The notes beneath the pieces were generated by a model, which had not been told where the DNA came from, did not search any database, and worked only from the letters and a program-made list of their open reading frames with translations. Of a stretch of 64,000 bases of DNA, positions 1-14,142 are shown in pieces. Position numbers and translations under genes: made by a program. Source of the DNA: Octopus vulgaris (lineage: Eukaryota). The DNA is taken from positions 60,698,001 to 60,762,000 of the forward strand of contig OX597817.1 in assembly GCA_951406725.2 (NCBI GenBank), read 5' to 3'. Positions within the stretch are counted from its first letter, which is position 1. Each line of letters begins with the position of its first letter.

Positions 1-99
1 GGCGGTTCTACAATTTTTTCCCGAAAAGACCTCCACAAAATAATTTGTTGCTTGAACAAATGGTTCGGTGTGTCATACATGTAAGGAGTCGAAGTGATC

Positions 100-220
100 G
101 CCGAGTAACATGAGTTGAAGTGTTCTGCTCAAGAATATAAGGCACCACACGTTCCAGGTATTGAAATCACGATCTCCTGATTGTGAGTGCAACGCCCTAA
201 CCCTCAGGCCGTGTGCCCCC
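100..220 (-). mobile_element. tRNA-derived SINE head fragment
   Basis: Reverse complement reads GGCCTGAGGGTTAGGGCGTTG...GATTTCAATACC (A/B-box-like) then TTCTTGAGCAGAACACTT, resembling the SINE head at 32082. Confidence 0.6.
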
Positions 221-980
221 ACCACACAAATAGTTCATGCATTACATAATATATGTGTGCGTGTGTGAATGCGTTTGTCTTCGCTTTCCCCATGGCCCGA
301 CAGCCATGTTAGTTTGTTTACGTATGCCTTAGCGGTTCAACCAACGAGTCCAATAGAATAAGTACAGGTCTTTAAAAATATCGTAAGTATTAGGGTCTCT
401 TTGTTTCTGCAAAAACCCCCTCCAGACGGTGCTCTAGCATGGCCGCACTCCAATCACTGAGACAAGTAAAAGGCAGAAGAGGATTAGACTGCCGTGTAGG
501 TGAATGCTTTCTTTCTTTTTGTAAACAATTGCGCAAATAACGAGAGAGCGGTAGAGAACAAGAATTAATTATAACAGGGGTCTTCTATCATCATCTGCGA
601 CGTAGGTGAGTAAAGTGTCTTTTTCCTAAATGCTTAAATAGATTTGTGTAAATAATGAGACGAGTAATAAGAGTAATGCAAAAGAAAACAACGAATAAAC
701 AAAACAAATAAAGTATGCAAAGCTATACAAACCTCGCCGCCAAAAGCAAGAAGAAATAAACGGGGAATTTCGATGGTAAATACATTACAGAATTAGAGAA
801 AGAGTTTCGTGCACGAATTATTAAACTTGATAGCTGTAAATATTTTCTTTCGCTGTTAAAAGAAACCGAAGCCAAATGAGAGGAGAGAATATTTGTCTTC
901 TATTGAAAGGTCGCATTTCATAAAATCGAGTCTTTCTCTTCTGCTGACGATTGAAACGTTTTGACATACAGAAACACACA

Positions 981-1063
<83 letters not shown>

Positions 1064-1070
1064 ACACACA
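981..1070. repeat. (CA)n microsatellite
   Basis: Read directly from the sequence. Confidence 0.98.
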
Positions 1071-1360
1071 CTGAGAATGGTATAATTAATTTTATGTATT
1101 TAGTTTTGTTTTGGTTATCTTTTATCGCTTACTTGTTACTTTCATGGGCCTGCGGCCATGCTGGGGCATCGCCTTTAAGGGTTTATTCTAATTTTATTTA
1201 TATTAAAGCCTTGTATTTAATCTATTTATTTAAAAGTCTGGTATTTATTTTAAAGCTTGGTATTTAATCTACCGGTCACTTTTGCCGAAGTGCTAAGTTA
1301 TGGGACATACAGAAACCAACACCAGTTCTCAAACAGTGGTAGAGGACAAACACAATGGTA

Positions 1361-1549
1361 CACACACACATACACACATACGTACACACACACGCACTCT
1401 CAAGCAAGCATGGCACACACACATACACACATACGTACACACACACGCACTCTCAAGCAAGCATCACAACCACACAGCTATGTGTGCTCCTTTTATATAC
1501 CAAAACATACGCAGAGTCACGCAGAGTCACGCAGAGTCACGCACAGTCA
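1361..1549 (+). repeat. Tandem duplication of a ~53-bp unit plus (CGCAGAGTCA)x4
   Basis: CACACACACATACACACATACGTACACACACACGCACTCTCAAGCAAGCAT occurs twice (about 1361 and 1414); a 10-mer array spans 1510-1549. Confidence 0.85.
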
Positions 1550-2320
1550 AGATAAAATAAGATAAACCTGGTATAAATGAAACGGAGAAGAACCAATAAA
1601 AATTAACCGAGACCGTCAGTAACATGTAATTAAACAGCAAAGATGAATATCGTTTTGTTGCATAATTAACAAAAATAAATTCCTGATGGAATTATCTCCG
1701 ATTCCAGAGAGAGTGGACAAATCTCTTAAAATGGAAAGGAGAGATACTACATATCAAGAATCAAGAATTTCTTCATAAGTGACAGGTCGTTAAAGAAATA
1801 GCAGTCTGGTAGTCCGAGGACAAGAGGACAGCTGTATCAAATGTTTCTGCTTCAATAAGTATCGTCAACACAGCAGAAAAGGACATATCGAATTTAGAGG
1901 ATTCTTTCTTCTTGACATGAATCCTCTCTCATAATTTAGATTTGGTACTAAATGCTACAAATAACTTGTCTACCCGCTCTGAAACGCACATAATTTCAAT
2001 AAATTATGAAATTATCCTCTATGTTAATTTAAATATCGTTTTTCATTTTTGTTGCTCAGACTCATGCTACTGGCCTTTCTGAGTTACACCCCTTGGCTCT
2101 TTGACGATATATTTGTTTTTAACTATATATTTCTATACAAGCACACATACACACGAACACGTGCATACATACATACATGCACACACTCACGCACGTGCAA
2201 ACACACTAACACACACTCACACATGTACGTATACACATGCAGATATGGGCGAGATTATGTGAGTTAGAAGGGAATAAAGAATGAGGGAGAGTGCGACGAA
2301 GGAGTATAGTTATCAGTATA

Positions 2321-2549
2321 TATTTCTTTATTGCCCACAAGGGGTTAAACATAGAGGGGACAAACAAAAACAGACAAACGGATTAAGTCGATTACATCGA
2401 CCCCAGTGCGTAACTGGTACTTTATTTATCGACACCGAAAGGATGAAAGGCAAAAATCGACCTCGGTGGAATTTGAACTCACAATGTAACGACAGACGAA
2501 ATACGGCTACGTATTTCGCCCGGCGTGCTAACGTTTCTGCCAGCTCGCC
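2321..2549 (-). mobile_element. SINE family 1 (GGCGAGCTGGCAGAAACGTTAGCACGCCGGGCG head), near full-length
   Basis: Close match to the 38318-38550 copy; CAGTATA flanks both sides (2314-2320, 2550-2556) as a putative TSD. Confidence 0.9.
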
Positions 2550-2798
2550 CAGTATAATAAACATATGTGATGTTGGTGTGTAATGAAACCCGACCAATCC
2601 CGGGTAGCATAGCGAGCGGCGGAATGAAAAATGCCGACAGTCAGCCATTAATTGTCGTCGTAGTTCGTTTAACTTCATTGCAACTGATGCCGAGTGAGAA
2701 GACCCACAGACACAGATTCGAACAAGAATCATACAAACACCCAGTTACATACATACATACACATATGCAAATATATGTATATATATATAAATGTGCGT

Positions 2799-2998
<200 letters not shown>

Positions 2999-3345
2999 CC
3001 TTAAATCTTTAAATCCTTAAAAATGTTTTAGCCCGAAGGTCGCGGCCATGCTGGGGCACCACCATATATATATATATATATACATATACACACACATAAA
3101 CAAGAACTCCCATATAATCCTATAACCTCAACTAAGCATATACACACCTATACACATACACATTATCTTCCTCTCACACATTCCTTCATTCTCTCTATCT
3201 GTGTGTGTGTGAGTATATGTGTATCGCAGTCAAATGACTGCAACAGGTAAAATGAATAAAAAAAATACATACAAACGTGTAAATATATACACAAGTGCTG
3301 ATTAGATATACATACATACATATATACATATATATGTGTGTATGC

Positions 3346-3420
<75 letters not shown>

Positions 3421-3459
3421 TAAATGAAAGAATGGAGTCGAACGAAGATTTTAACAAAA

Positions 3460-3558
3460 TTCCTTTACTCTCAACACATGTTTCGAAGACTGCATACTCT
3501 TAATTCCGAAGGAATAAAGGGTGCATTATGCCGTCTTCTCATCAGGAAAGACAAGGAA
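3460..3558 (-). ncRNA. Type I hammerhead ribozyme (mirror copy)
   Basis: Reverse complement of 3716-3814; TCATCAG at 3539-3545. Confidence 0.8.
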
Positions 3559-3715
3559 CCTCTATCAGCCTCAAGACGAACAAAAACTTTTTGATGACTG
3601 CCTACATGGTGTCCACAGTTATAACGGATAATGTTTAAAAAAACACTCATTATCACTGTGGACACCATGTAGGCAGTCATCAAAATGTTTTTGTTCGTCT
3701 TGAGGCTGATAGAGG

Positions 3716-3814
3716 TTCCTTGTCTTTCCTGATGAGAAGACGGCATAATGCACCCTTTATTCCTTCGGAATTAAGAGTATGCAGTCTTCGAAACATGTGT
3801 TGAGAGTAAAGGAA
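3716..3814 (+). ncRNA. Type I minimal hammerhead ribozyme
   Basis: CTGATGA 3729-3735; stem II GAAGAC/GTCTTC extended by GCATA/TATGC; GAAA 3790-3793; C-ATGT-G then UU (predicted cut after 3801); stem I TTCCTT-GT-CTTTC pairs with GAGAG-TA-AAGGAA. Confidence 0.82.
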
Positions 3815-3998
3815 TTTTGTTAAAATCTTCGTTCGACTCCATTCTTTCATTTATTCATACAAAAAAAACACAAATTTCCACACAAGAACACGGGGTTTCT
3901 GCCCTTGGCATGTAGCTTCAACCGTGTTTTCTGACGGGAATTTGCTACCCAGGTATCGATTAACCGAATTATCCATACTAGGATAATTCATTCACCTA

Positions 3999-4171
<173 letters not shown>

Positions 4172-4249
4172 GCATATATACGTATATATATATATATACG
4201 TACATACCTGCATGACCGAAGGGGGTTTCAAAAAAATAAATATATATAT

Positions 4250-4702
<453 letters not shown>

Positions 4703-4717
4703 ATCTATCTATATAAA

Positions 4718-4751
4718 ATCTGTGATTGATATTAGTCTTTGTGTATAGATG

Positions 4752-4787
<36 letters not shown>

Positions 4788-4819
4788 CAGACACACAAAG
4801 ACTAATATCAATCACAGAT
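4718..4819. repeat. Perfect 27-bp inverted repeat bracketing a TA-rich spacer
   Basis: ATCTGTGATTGATATTAGTCTTTGTGT (4718-4744) and its reverse complement (4793-4819). Confidence 0.9.
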
Positions 4820-4899
4820 CCCCCCCCCCGCTAATCCCGTGGCATCTTTTTCATCATGGTCGGTCACTTGTTTCTTCATCTCTTGCTTCCACATATCAA

Positions 4900-5200
4900 T
4901 ATCAAACTGCACCTATTTAAAACTGAGTCTAACTCTATGCGTTAACCTCCTAAGGACCCTGGCTTGATGCAGCTGTGAAAATTCTGAATTGATAACATAC
5001 CGGAACCGTAGGTGATGCAGTTTTTCAGCATGAGGGTGAAAAATAGGTAAATGTGGATGCTTAACGCCTTCGTTTCGTGAGGAGGTTTGAGGGAGGCATC
5101 CATGGATTATACATTAGCGCGTCTCGTTAGATTCAGTTGAATATCATATCATAGTGTGTCGAGTCGGCTGAGTGTTTCCGCCATTACAGTATCTTTCTTA
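4900..5200 (-). mobile_element. Possible very degraded Ty3/Gypsy pol fragment (RNase H end/integrase linker)
   Basis: Manual translation KKDTVMAETLSRL resembles the GKDNVVADALSR motif; little other support. Confidence 0.3.
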
Positions 5201-5397
5201 TTTTAGGCAACAGGCTGAGAGGATCATTAGAGCGCTGAACAAAATATTTAGCAACATTTTTTCTGGCTCTTTATATCCTCAGCCCAAATCTCGCTGAAGT
5301 CAACGTTACCTTTTATCTTTTCGCGGTCGAAAGTACCAGTAAAGTACTGGGGTCGATGTTATCGACTCGACGTCATTCCTTTAAAATTGCTTCTCGG

Positions 5398-6046
5398 CAG
5401 CCTTTTCAATGATGGGTTATTCGCAATATATATAAATGTTTTATTTACTTCTTCCTATATCAGAGGTAACTAATTATCGTCCGAGCGTTGTCGTGAAGAA
5501 TTAGTCCTTTTCTATTGACCAATGCTGGCTGTTGTTGGAATTTTTTAATGTATTTCATACATCTGATGACAGTACTTCTCCCCCGTAATGGTTTCGCTTG
5601 GATTCAAAAAATGGTGATGGATGAGACCAGCTCAGACCACTAAACAATCGCCATTAGCTTCTTTTGGTGCAACTGTGGCTTCGGGAAGTGCCGTCGGCGC
5701 TCAACCACTGAGCTGAGCGTCGCTGGTTGTCGTAAAGAATCCACTTTTCATCGCAAGTCACAGTCGTTCTTGTTGCGTAAAAGAAGGGAAGACGACACTT
5801 CAAAACGCCACTTGAACTGGAATTTAAAAAATTGTGCGAATTTGCTTTTTGTCCATATTGTACTCAACGTTCCCGAAAAAATGGCCTAATTATTCAAAAA
5901 GAGAAAGAGTAACACGATTAGATAGAGCGAAAAACGGGCTTTAAAATGATATATAAAGTCAAAATAATTTAACAAAAATTAATTTGAAAATGCATCATTT
6001 AAAACCAAATTAAAAATTCCGCAAGAACTTTGTCGACAACCTAATA
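5398..6046 (-). mobile_element. Mariner transposon relic (internally deleted)
   Basis: Minus-strand peptides TVTCDEKWILYDNQRRSAQWL and QQPALVNRKGLILHDNAR; terminal TATTAGGTTGTCGACAAAGTTC (6025-6046) is a mariner-type TIR with TA. Confidence 0.9.
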
Positions 6047-6127
6047 ATTATGAATTTACTTTAATACCTATTTTGAACACTTTTATGTAAACTGATTAAA
6101 CACAAAGCCCTTCTTATATATATATAT

Positions 6128-6249
6128 GAGCGTAGGCTCGAAACGTTAAAGACTTGTTTTATTTATATTTCCTGAGCGCCATACTAATACAATTGTTTGT
6201 TTGTATTCCACCTACCTTCGTCTTTTGTCTATTTTTATAAAGCTTCCCG

Positions 6250-6251
<2 letters not shown>
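6128..6251 (+). mobile_element. HHR-like short element family A, 5'-truncated copy in (TA)n
   Basis: Starts at GAGCGTAGGCTCGAAACGTTAAAGAC; homologous to copies at 45921, 46115, 62905 and 63550. Confidence 0.8.
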
Positions 6252-6299
<48 letters not shown>

Positions 6300-6706
6300 T
6301 GGTATGAACCAAGCAACCGGAGAAGACATACACCGCTAGTCACAATGCACTTCGCGTTCTTTTAGCCTTCGATTGATACTATCCCGCTGGCTACACGCGC
6401 ACACACACACATACACACACGCACACAACCACGTCCGGGAAAGACGGTTCTGCAATTTGTTGCTGAGCAATCTGTACAAAGGATTTGTTTATATCAAATC
6501 TGTTTTGTACATTGGCTCACTCTCTCTCTCTCTCTCTATCAAATCGACATTACCTGAACAGGTGTACACCGTCACATGTCGGTCGCAGAGCAAAGTGAGA
6601 CGAAGTTTTATGATGAAGAACACAATGCACCGACCGGTCCAGGAATTGAAACCTTGATCTCAGGATCGTGAGTGCAACGCCCTAATCATTAGCCGATGGA
6701 CTTTTG

Positions 6707-6770
<64 letters not shown>

Positions 6771-7325
6771 ACATGCATGCATACATATATATATACACAT
6801 GTATACCTATCTATATATACGTAAATATATGCACGTATATATGTATCTTGTTTCACTTCAATTATTTATTTTCAAAGCTATCATTGCACAACCCTTGACA
6901 CACATAACACGCGTTATCGTCACAAAACCCCACTTCTAATGCGCCATTTCTTTTTCAAAAATCTTTCAATCAAATAAATTCATCGTAAACCCAGATTCAT
7001 AACTCAGTCGTCGCCTGCTAAGTCTGTAGTCCTTGTAGACCTCTTTGGCGTGTTCCCTTGGCAGGATACTTCAGTGTCGCGTGCATCGTATCCTATATCA
7101 AGCATAAGCGATATCGTTGAAATTCATAAGTGACAAGGAATTCCGTAGAAGTTGTTTGGCTAATCCCCCTTACAAGATTTAAATCTGATTTGATTTTAAT
7201 TGAGAGACGGCAATTAGAGCGAAACAAATTACTCTGTTATATTAACGGTGTTGACATCAAGCTCCTGGTTCATTCTTCAATGGCAGCGTGTCAGTTTATG
7301 AATACGAAATGTAATTGACGCATAT

Positions 7326-7463
7326 TCTTGGGGGAGTTGTAGGATTGGTTCTCTGGCACCTCTTACCTAAGGTCCTATCAGGAACAAACATCATTACACT
7401 TTCTGGCTGGATTCATAAGCGAAACCAACTGATGCAACCATCTCATTCTTGATTTAACCCTTA
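7326..7463 (+). mobile_element. Fragment of the same element as 11521-11660 (DIRS-like), opposite orientation
   Basis: Aligns by eye to the reverse complement of 11521-11660. Confidence 0.75.
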
Positions 7464-7546
7464 GTTAAATAGAAAGAAAGATAGATAGATAGAAAGATAG
7501 ATAGATAGAAAGATACACAGAAAGACAAACAGACAGATAGATAAAT

Positions 7547-7583
<37 letters not shown>

Positions 7584-8122
7584 GAGAGAGAGAGATAGAT
7601 AGACAGACAGATACACAGAAAGATAGACAGACAGATAGATAGATACTTGCGTGTGTGTAAGCAGTTGATGTTTTTCAAGTTCATTATATAACGTATTGCG
7701 TACTCTTTTCTTTTCATTTAGAGTATCAATGAATGTATGTGTGTGTGTGTTTGTGTTTGTGTGTTTGGTATGTGTAATCGGGTGGGTGGTGATGGTGGCG
7801 GCAAGCGAGCTAGCGAGGGAGAGAGAGCAAAAAGTTATTTTATACGCAGGCATATCCGTATATTATATCTGGGAATCTATCGCTGGTCTCGATTAAGAGG
7901 CTAAATGAACTGATGCATATAACATTAGTCAGTTTAATCGTTTGAACGAAAAAAGAGCCTGACGATGGCGTGGTGTGTTCAGCCTGTAAAATTATGGAAT
8001 ACACTACCTACCAAGTGTACATTTTGCCCGCCCCTTTGATGTACTTGCCTGTCAAGTTATAGTAGTCTCACACACACGCACATATACATATGCATGAATG
8101 TGTGTGTATGCATATATATCTC

Positions 8123-8177
<55 letters not shown>

Positions 8178-8599
8178 TTATATATATATATATATTTATG
8201 TTTATATATATATATATTTGTATATATTTATATGCAAACACGTGTATATATATACATGTGTTTATATATATATATATACTTATATAGATATGTATATATA
8301 TATATACATATATATATACTTATATATATATATATATACATTATTTATGTATATACTTATACAGACATACATACATATACGCATATTGGTATGTGTACAT
8401 GTACGTATGTTGAAGTATAGGGTTGTGAGAGGTATTAAGTGTTTATGTGACGTAAACACCCCCAGTAAAAACAAATCCAATGTGTGTTCCATGTGCCTGA
8501 TGCGCACCGTTGAAAATGTTCATGCCTTCATAGACAGGGATTTTCCCCCCTCGAAACATATTCATTACTATTTCGAATGTGCTTTGCAGTATTTCATTC

Positions 8600-9140
8600 G
8601 GATCTTTACGTTCCGAGTTCAAATTTTGCCGAGTTCGACATTCATTCTTCCATTCTTCATTTTTTTTGGGAGGTGGTGGGGGGGGTCGATAAAATAAGTA
8701 CAAGTTGAACACTACTGGCAATGTAACAATCTAATCTCGTTCCCTAAATTGCAGGCCTTGTGCCTGTAGTAGCGTTACGTTCTGAGTTCAAATTCCGCCG
8801 AGGTCGACTTTGCCTTTCATCCTTTCGGGGTCGATAAATTAAGTACCAGTTACGCACTGGGGTCGATGCAATCGACTTAATCCGTTTGTCTGTCCTTGTT
8901 TGTCCTCTCTGTGTTTAGCCCCTTGTGGGTAGTAAAGAAATAGGTATTTCGTTTGTCTTTACGTTCTGACTTCAAATTCTGCCGAGGTTGTCTTTGCCTG
9001 GACAAAATGCTTAGAAGTATTTCAATCGTCTTTACGTTCTGAATTCAAATACCGCCAAAGTCGACTTTGCCTTTTATCCATTCGGTCGATAAATTAAGTA
9101 CCAGTGAAATGGCTATCCTTGTGGCAAAATTTTAAACCAT
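8600..9140 (+). mobile_element. Cluster of SINE family 1 pieces (four reiterations of the TTACGTTCTGAGTTCAAAT module)
   Basis: Module starts near 8607, 8775, 8959 and 9032; 8775-8945 is close to the intact 3' half. Confidence 0.8.
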
Positions 9141-9229
9141 TATTATTATTATTATTATTATTATTAAGGCGGCACAATCGTCACCCCACCAAGCGCTGGA
9201 TAGGTTTTCCTACGAGCTTTACTTTCGTT

Positions 9230-9630
9230 TGGTTGTCTCTTATCAAATGTCTACTTCGTCTGGCACCAAAACGAGAGAGTTCCCAATCCTGTGGGCCGTG
9301 ATACTGAAAATGTATCCGAGCAACGAAGATGACTGTGAGGATTCTCGACCCGTGACTCTCTGTTAAGGGCAGAGTTCAAGATTTTGGTCAAGGTGTTAGC
9401 AAAGAGGTTGGCGCTTGTCATCGAGTAGTTTGTCGGTGCTATGTAAATATGTATCATCCCAAACAGATCAAACCCCACCCCATGCGATCTATCATAAAAA
9501 GGGTAATCATAGAATGGCATGAGTGGGGCCTTACGCATTTTAGATCAACGAAATCTTGGCTAGTCTCACAGTCTGGATAGGTGGCGCTGCGAGCGGTTTT
9601 AGGTGTATTTACACCACTTGTCTACAGCGA
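9230..9630 (+). mobile_element. L1/Tx1-type reverse transcriptase relic
   Basis: DSRPVTL / RAEFKILVKVLAKRLALVIE..ICIIPNRS matches the L1-clade RPITLLN.DYKILAK.LA.RL motif; has stops and a frameshift. Confidence 0.75.
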
Positions 9631-10484
9631 AAAAAACAGTGAATGGCTTGATTACGAGTTCGAACTTGCCACTGGCATATTTGAACTTGTAATAACAAAG
9701 CATTTATACACATCACTGCTTAACGTCCTGAAACCGTTAAAAGTTACGTCTTCCATCTTTCATGCGTCGAAAAAATAAAGACCTCTAACATAGAAAATTA
9801 TAACTCGTTTTAATATGAGTGGAATGGTGAGCAAATGGTGAGGGCGGCATCGTAACTTAGAGTGTCCGGAGTATTTTTAGACATAGCGGAATCCATCCTC
9901 TACCGAATCTGACTGCGGACGATTTCTTCTAGAAACAACCCAGGAAAAAAAAACCCAAAACAGAAATGGTGAAAGAGAGTGTTCAACTCCGTTACGTAAA
10001 GTTTGGTGACTGTGAAAGAAGGTTGACGTCAGCCGTATTTGAACTCAGAGAGCAGACAACCGAAACGAATATAACAAAGCAGTCTGTTACACAACTATTT
10101 AATCGCCGAAACATGTAAATACGATCGACTGGAGATTGTACACGTGACGCTTTTTAATTAACGAAAAGAATTCATTAATGTTTACAACGCTAAATCGTTA
10201 CGTTCTGAGTTCAAATCCTGACGTGGATATGTTTGCCTTTCGGCGTAGATAAAATAAAATATTAGTCAAAGTATGGAGATCGATGTAATCGATTTCCCTC
10301 CAACCAACCCACCTCCTACTATCAAAATTTTTGGCTTTGCACCAAAATTGGAAAGAATTATTATTTGTAACCCTCGTTAATGTCTGTCGGTAGTTATGTT
10401 TTTACTTGTGAGCAGCCTGTGTGTAATTTTGTGTATATGTGTGTGTGCGTGTGGGTATTTGGGCGGATGTGTATGCTGGTTATA

Positions 10485-10568
<84 letters not shown>

Positions 10569-10589
10569 TACATACACACACATATATAT

Positions 10590-10628
<39 letters not shown>

Positions 10629-10728
10629 TATCTATCTATCTATCTATATATCTATATCTATATCTATCTATATATATATATATTTATCTATCTATCTATC
10701 TATATCTATATCTATATATATATATGGA

Positions 10729-10767
<39 letters not shown>

Positions 10768-10879
10768 TGTGTGTGTGTGTGTGTTTGTGTGTGGAGTACA
10801 TATAGATATGCATAATTATATATTTATGTGTCCAATATTTGGCGAAGATTCTTGCAGTCAACTAGTGAGACGGAATTCC

Positions 10880-11960
10880 TCACACAGATATTCCAAATAA
10901 ACTAAAGCCAGCAACATTTATTGCATATCCTGCAAGCATCGACTGAGCTGCTTCATAAAGTTTGAGCGCATATCTGACACGTGCTCGAGTCTCTGCGGCC
11001 ACCAACACCATGATCAAGACGTGGCTGGTGGACCAAAACAGAGACTCAAGTCCCAGCTGAAGATCACTTTGAAGAAGCGCAATATCAACCATCCATGAAT
11101 AGAAGAAATCGTTTCACACCACTTTGTCGTTCTCATTGTTGGATGTGGGCAGTAGAGATAAAGAGGAGAAACAAATACAGCAATTCTAACAAGGGAGGCG
11201 AGGGGAGAAATAGGTGCGCACAGATATATCTGGCTTCTTCAAATAATCACTTGCATGGCCGTTGCGAAAGGGTTTGGATGTCTTGAAAAGATCCACCACG
11301 AAAACGGTCATCATTGGATTTAAGGGACAGCCATGTTCAGTACATATATATCTCTGAAGGAATCCTGGAGTGCGTAGCTTGAAGATCAGGGAATTTCAAG
11401 AAATTGAGCCGCCACTTCTCTGCATTGGGGGGTGACAACCAAGGTACTATTGGCATGAGGTCAGAATATCGCATGAAAGAATTTCAAGATGGATTCTTCA
11501 AGTTGAGAAGCAAGAAGAAAACCGAGGGTTAAATCAAGACTGAGATGGTTGGATCAGTTGGTTTCGCTTGGGAATCCAACCAGAAAGTGTAATGATGGTT
11601 GTTCCTGATAAGACCTTAGGTAGGAGGTGCCAGAGGACTAACCCTACAACTCTCCCAAGATGGCGGAGAAGTTGGATGGAATTGTTGAGACATTGGAAAA
11701 TAGTCTTGACCTGTCCCAAATGTGAGCAAATGTAGCCTTAACTTGGTTCAGCCTCGTTGCTGAACAATCATACTCAGGACACATTAGCAGAATCTTTTAT
11801 TTGTTGTAGCCACAGAGAAAAATAAAGAAATAAGTTCCAAAATCTTACTTGCAAATGAACGGTAAGGAAAAGTTTCCAGAGCCTGAGAGTTAAGTGAAGA
11901 AATTGAGAAATATTTGGAAACAGCTTTGAAAAGCAGAGTTTACCACATTTATCTAGAATC
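10880..11960 (-). mobile_element. Probable DIRS-type tyrosine recombinase relic
   Basis: Ordered minus-strand motifs across frameshifts: VRFWNLF, VKGY, LDLT..FLLA....FHAI, SVRTY, YSWMVDI, YEAAQ. They resemble the DIRS YR motifs W..F, TIKGY, DLT.K..FLLA..R..ELHAL, VRAL..Y, SSW..DI and ILEAA.W. Confidence 0.5.
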
Positions 11961-12365
11961 TCAAGAAACAAGTCAAACTCCCGAACTACATTAATCATTT
12001 CGAAATAATGCGTTTGTTTACAGAGTATAAATAACAGGTAATTTGTTTGAGTTGTCGTTTGCAGGCTCAATATTCTATATTAATCATTATATTGTGTTGT
12101 GAGTCGGTTGTCAATTATTCTGTTTACATTATGCCATGCGATTCTTGTTATTCCTTTGGCACATAATTTAGAGTTTTACGTTGCTACTTAAGTCATTCAG
12201 AATAGGAATTTCCCAAACAACACTCAGTAATGTGACTATACTAATTATTATAGATATGTTGGGTGAAGTAATTAAAAGTGAAATTATAGCTCAAAGCAGA
12301 TGCACGGTGAGTAGGAGAATGTACGCAACCCTGTCTCTCTCACACACGCATACATACACTTTATG

Positions 12366-12398
<33 letters not shown>

Positions 12399-12482
12399 GT
12401 GTGTGTGTGTGTATGTGTATATATATATATGTATATATATATATATACATATATATATATAGATATATATAGATATATATAC

Positions 12483-12551
<69 letters not shown>

Positions 12552-12566
12552 TAGATAGATAGATAT

Positions 12567-12619
<53 letters not shown>

Positions 12620-12841
12620 CATATAGTTATATGGTTTCCAAATACCAATTGTCGTAGTAACTAGATCCCCTTTTAATCCAGAATATCCAATTTCTTAAAG
12701 AAAATAAATATAAATAAAGCTACAAATATTCACATATTCTCTTGGAAATAATTAGATCGCTGTTTCACTCGATGACGTGTGTGTCTGTGTATGTATGTGT
12801 GTGTGTGTATGTGTCCATGTATATATATATATAGATATATT

Positions 12842-12884
<43 letters not shown>

Positions 12885-12888
12885 CGTT

Positions 12889-12921
<33 letters not shown>

Positions 12922-13094
12922 ATATACATATACATATGTGTGTGTATGTATGTGTATGAAAATCTTGCTGAAGTAAATCATTTAGAGGATCAGTTATGAA
13001 TTATGTGGAACGGTGAGAGTTTCTGAAGAATTACTTCGAAATAGATACTGGAAAAGATACCAATTATTGTACACCAGGTGATCTCACGGTAGAT

Positions 13095-13107
13095 ACTACT
13101 ACTACAT

Positions 13108-13179
<72 letters not shown>

Positions 13180-13204
13180 ATAATAATAATAATAATGATA
13201 ATAA
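13095..13204. repeat. (CTA)n(TAA)n microsatellite
   Basis: Read directly from the sequence. Confidence 0.97.
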
Positions 13205-13696
13205 CATAGGCACAAGGCCTAATATTTTGAGGAAGGGGTCTATTCCCTTACATCAACTATAGTTCTTGATTGGTACTTATTTTATCGACCCCGGCAGGCA
13301 AAATTGACGACGGCGGAATTTGAACAAAGCATTCTCTCTGCCGCGCTAAAGATTCGTCCTGCTGTCCGTAGAGGTATAAAGACGAGGCTGAGATTGTGAC
13401 AGAGAATAAGGGTGGGGTGGGGGGGTTCTATGGAGTTGCAAATAAATTATAACAAAACTGAGACTAACTGAAACGAGGAAAACATAAAAAGAAAGGCTTC
13501 TCTGTGGACGTGTACATAAGTCGAGGTAGTGTCATTCATTCATTTCCCGGATACACAACTATAAATAAATTACACTCTGCCCTGACGGCATTTGATCTGT
13601 AATGTTATGAACAAGGACATCATCACTGGGCACATTTCTGTTACAAATATCTACCTTGACATCATATTAAGTTTACATTCAGACATACACACGCGC

Positions 13697-14142
13697 ACAT
13701 ACATACATACATACATACATACATACATACATACATACATACATACATACATACATACATACATACATACATACATACATACATACATACATACATACAT
13801 ACATACATACATACATACATACATACATACATACATACAAAAATATCCTGTTGTTGATGTTGAGATTCCAATGAAGGAACCTTGGATCTAGATTAGAAAC
13901 CGGTTCTTTCTCTATTGGCAAGAAATCATGAAATAAAACTGGATAATGACATACATACATACATACATACATACATACATACTTTCAAACATACATACAT
14001 ACATACATACATACATACATACATACATACTTTCAAACATACATACATACATACATACATACATACTTACATACATACATACATACATGCATACATACAT
14101 GCATACATACATGCATACATACATGCATACATACATGCATAC
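13697..14142. repeat. (TACA)n arrays interrupted by a ~110-bp insert (13839-13949, likely a LINE 3' UTR)
   Basis: Read directly; the insert runs straight into a (CATA)n tract. Confidence 0.85.

Noticed and set aside
944-960. CTGACGA-TT-GAAACGTT hammerhead-like core
   Set aside because: Only 2 nt between the core halves (no stem II) and no stem I pairing.
1570-1930. Possible CR1-like RT relic (and a possible RTE relic at 49950-50600)
   Set aside because: Only one or two weak motif resemblances each; cannot be supported without a profile search.
13023-13050. CTGAAGA...CGAAA motif
   Set aside because: The only stem overlaps the core itself; no helix III or stem I.
13947-14142. CRISPR-like repeat/spacer appearance of interrupted arrays
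   Set aside because: Simple tetranucleotide repeats with variant units, no unique spacers, eukaryotic context.
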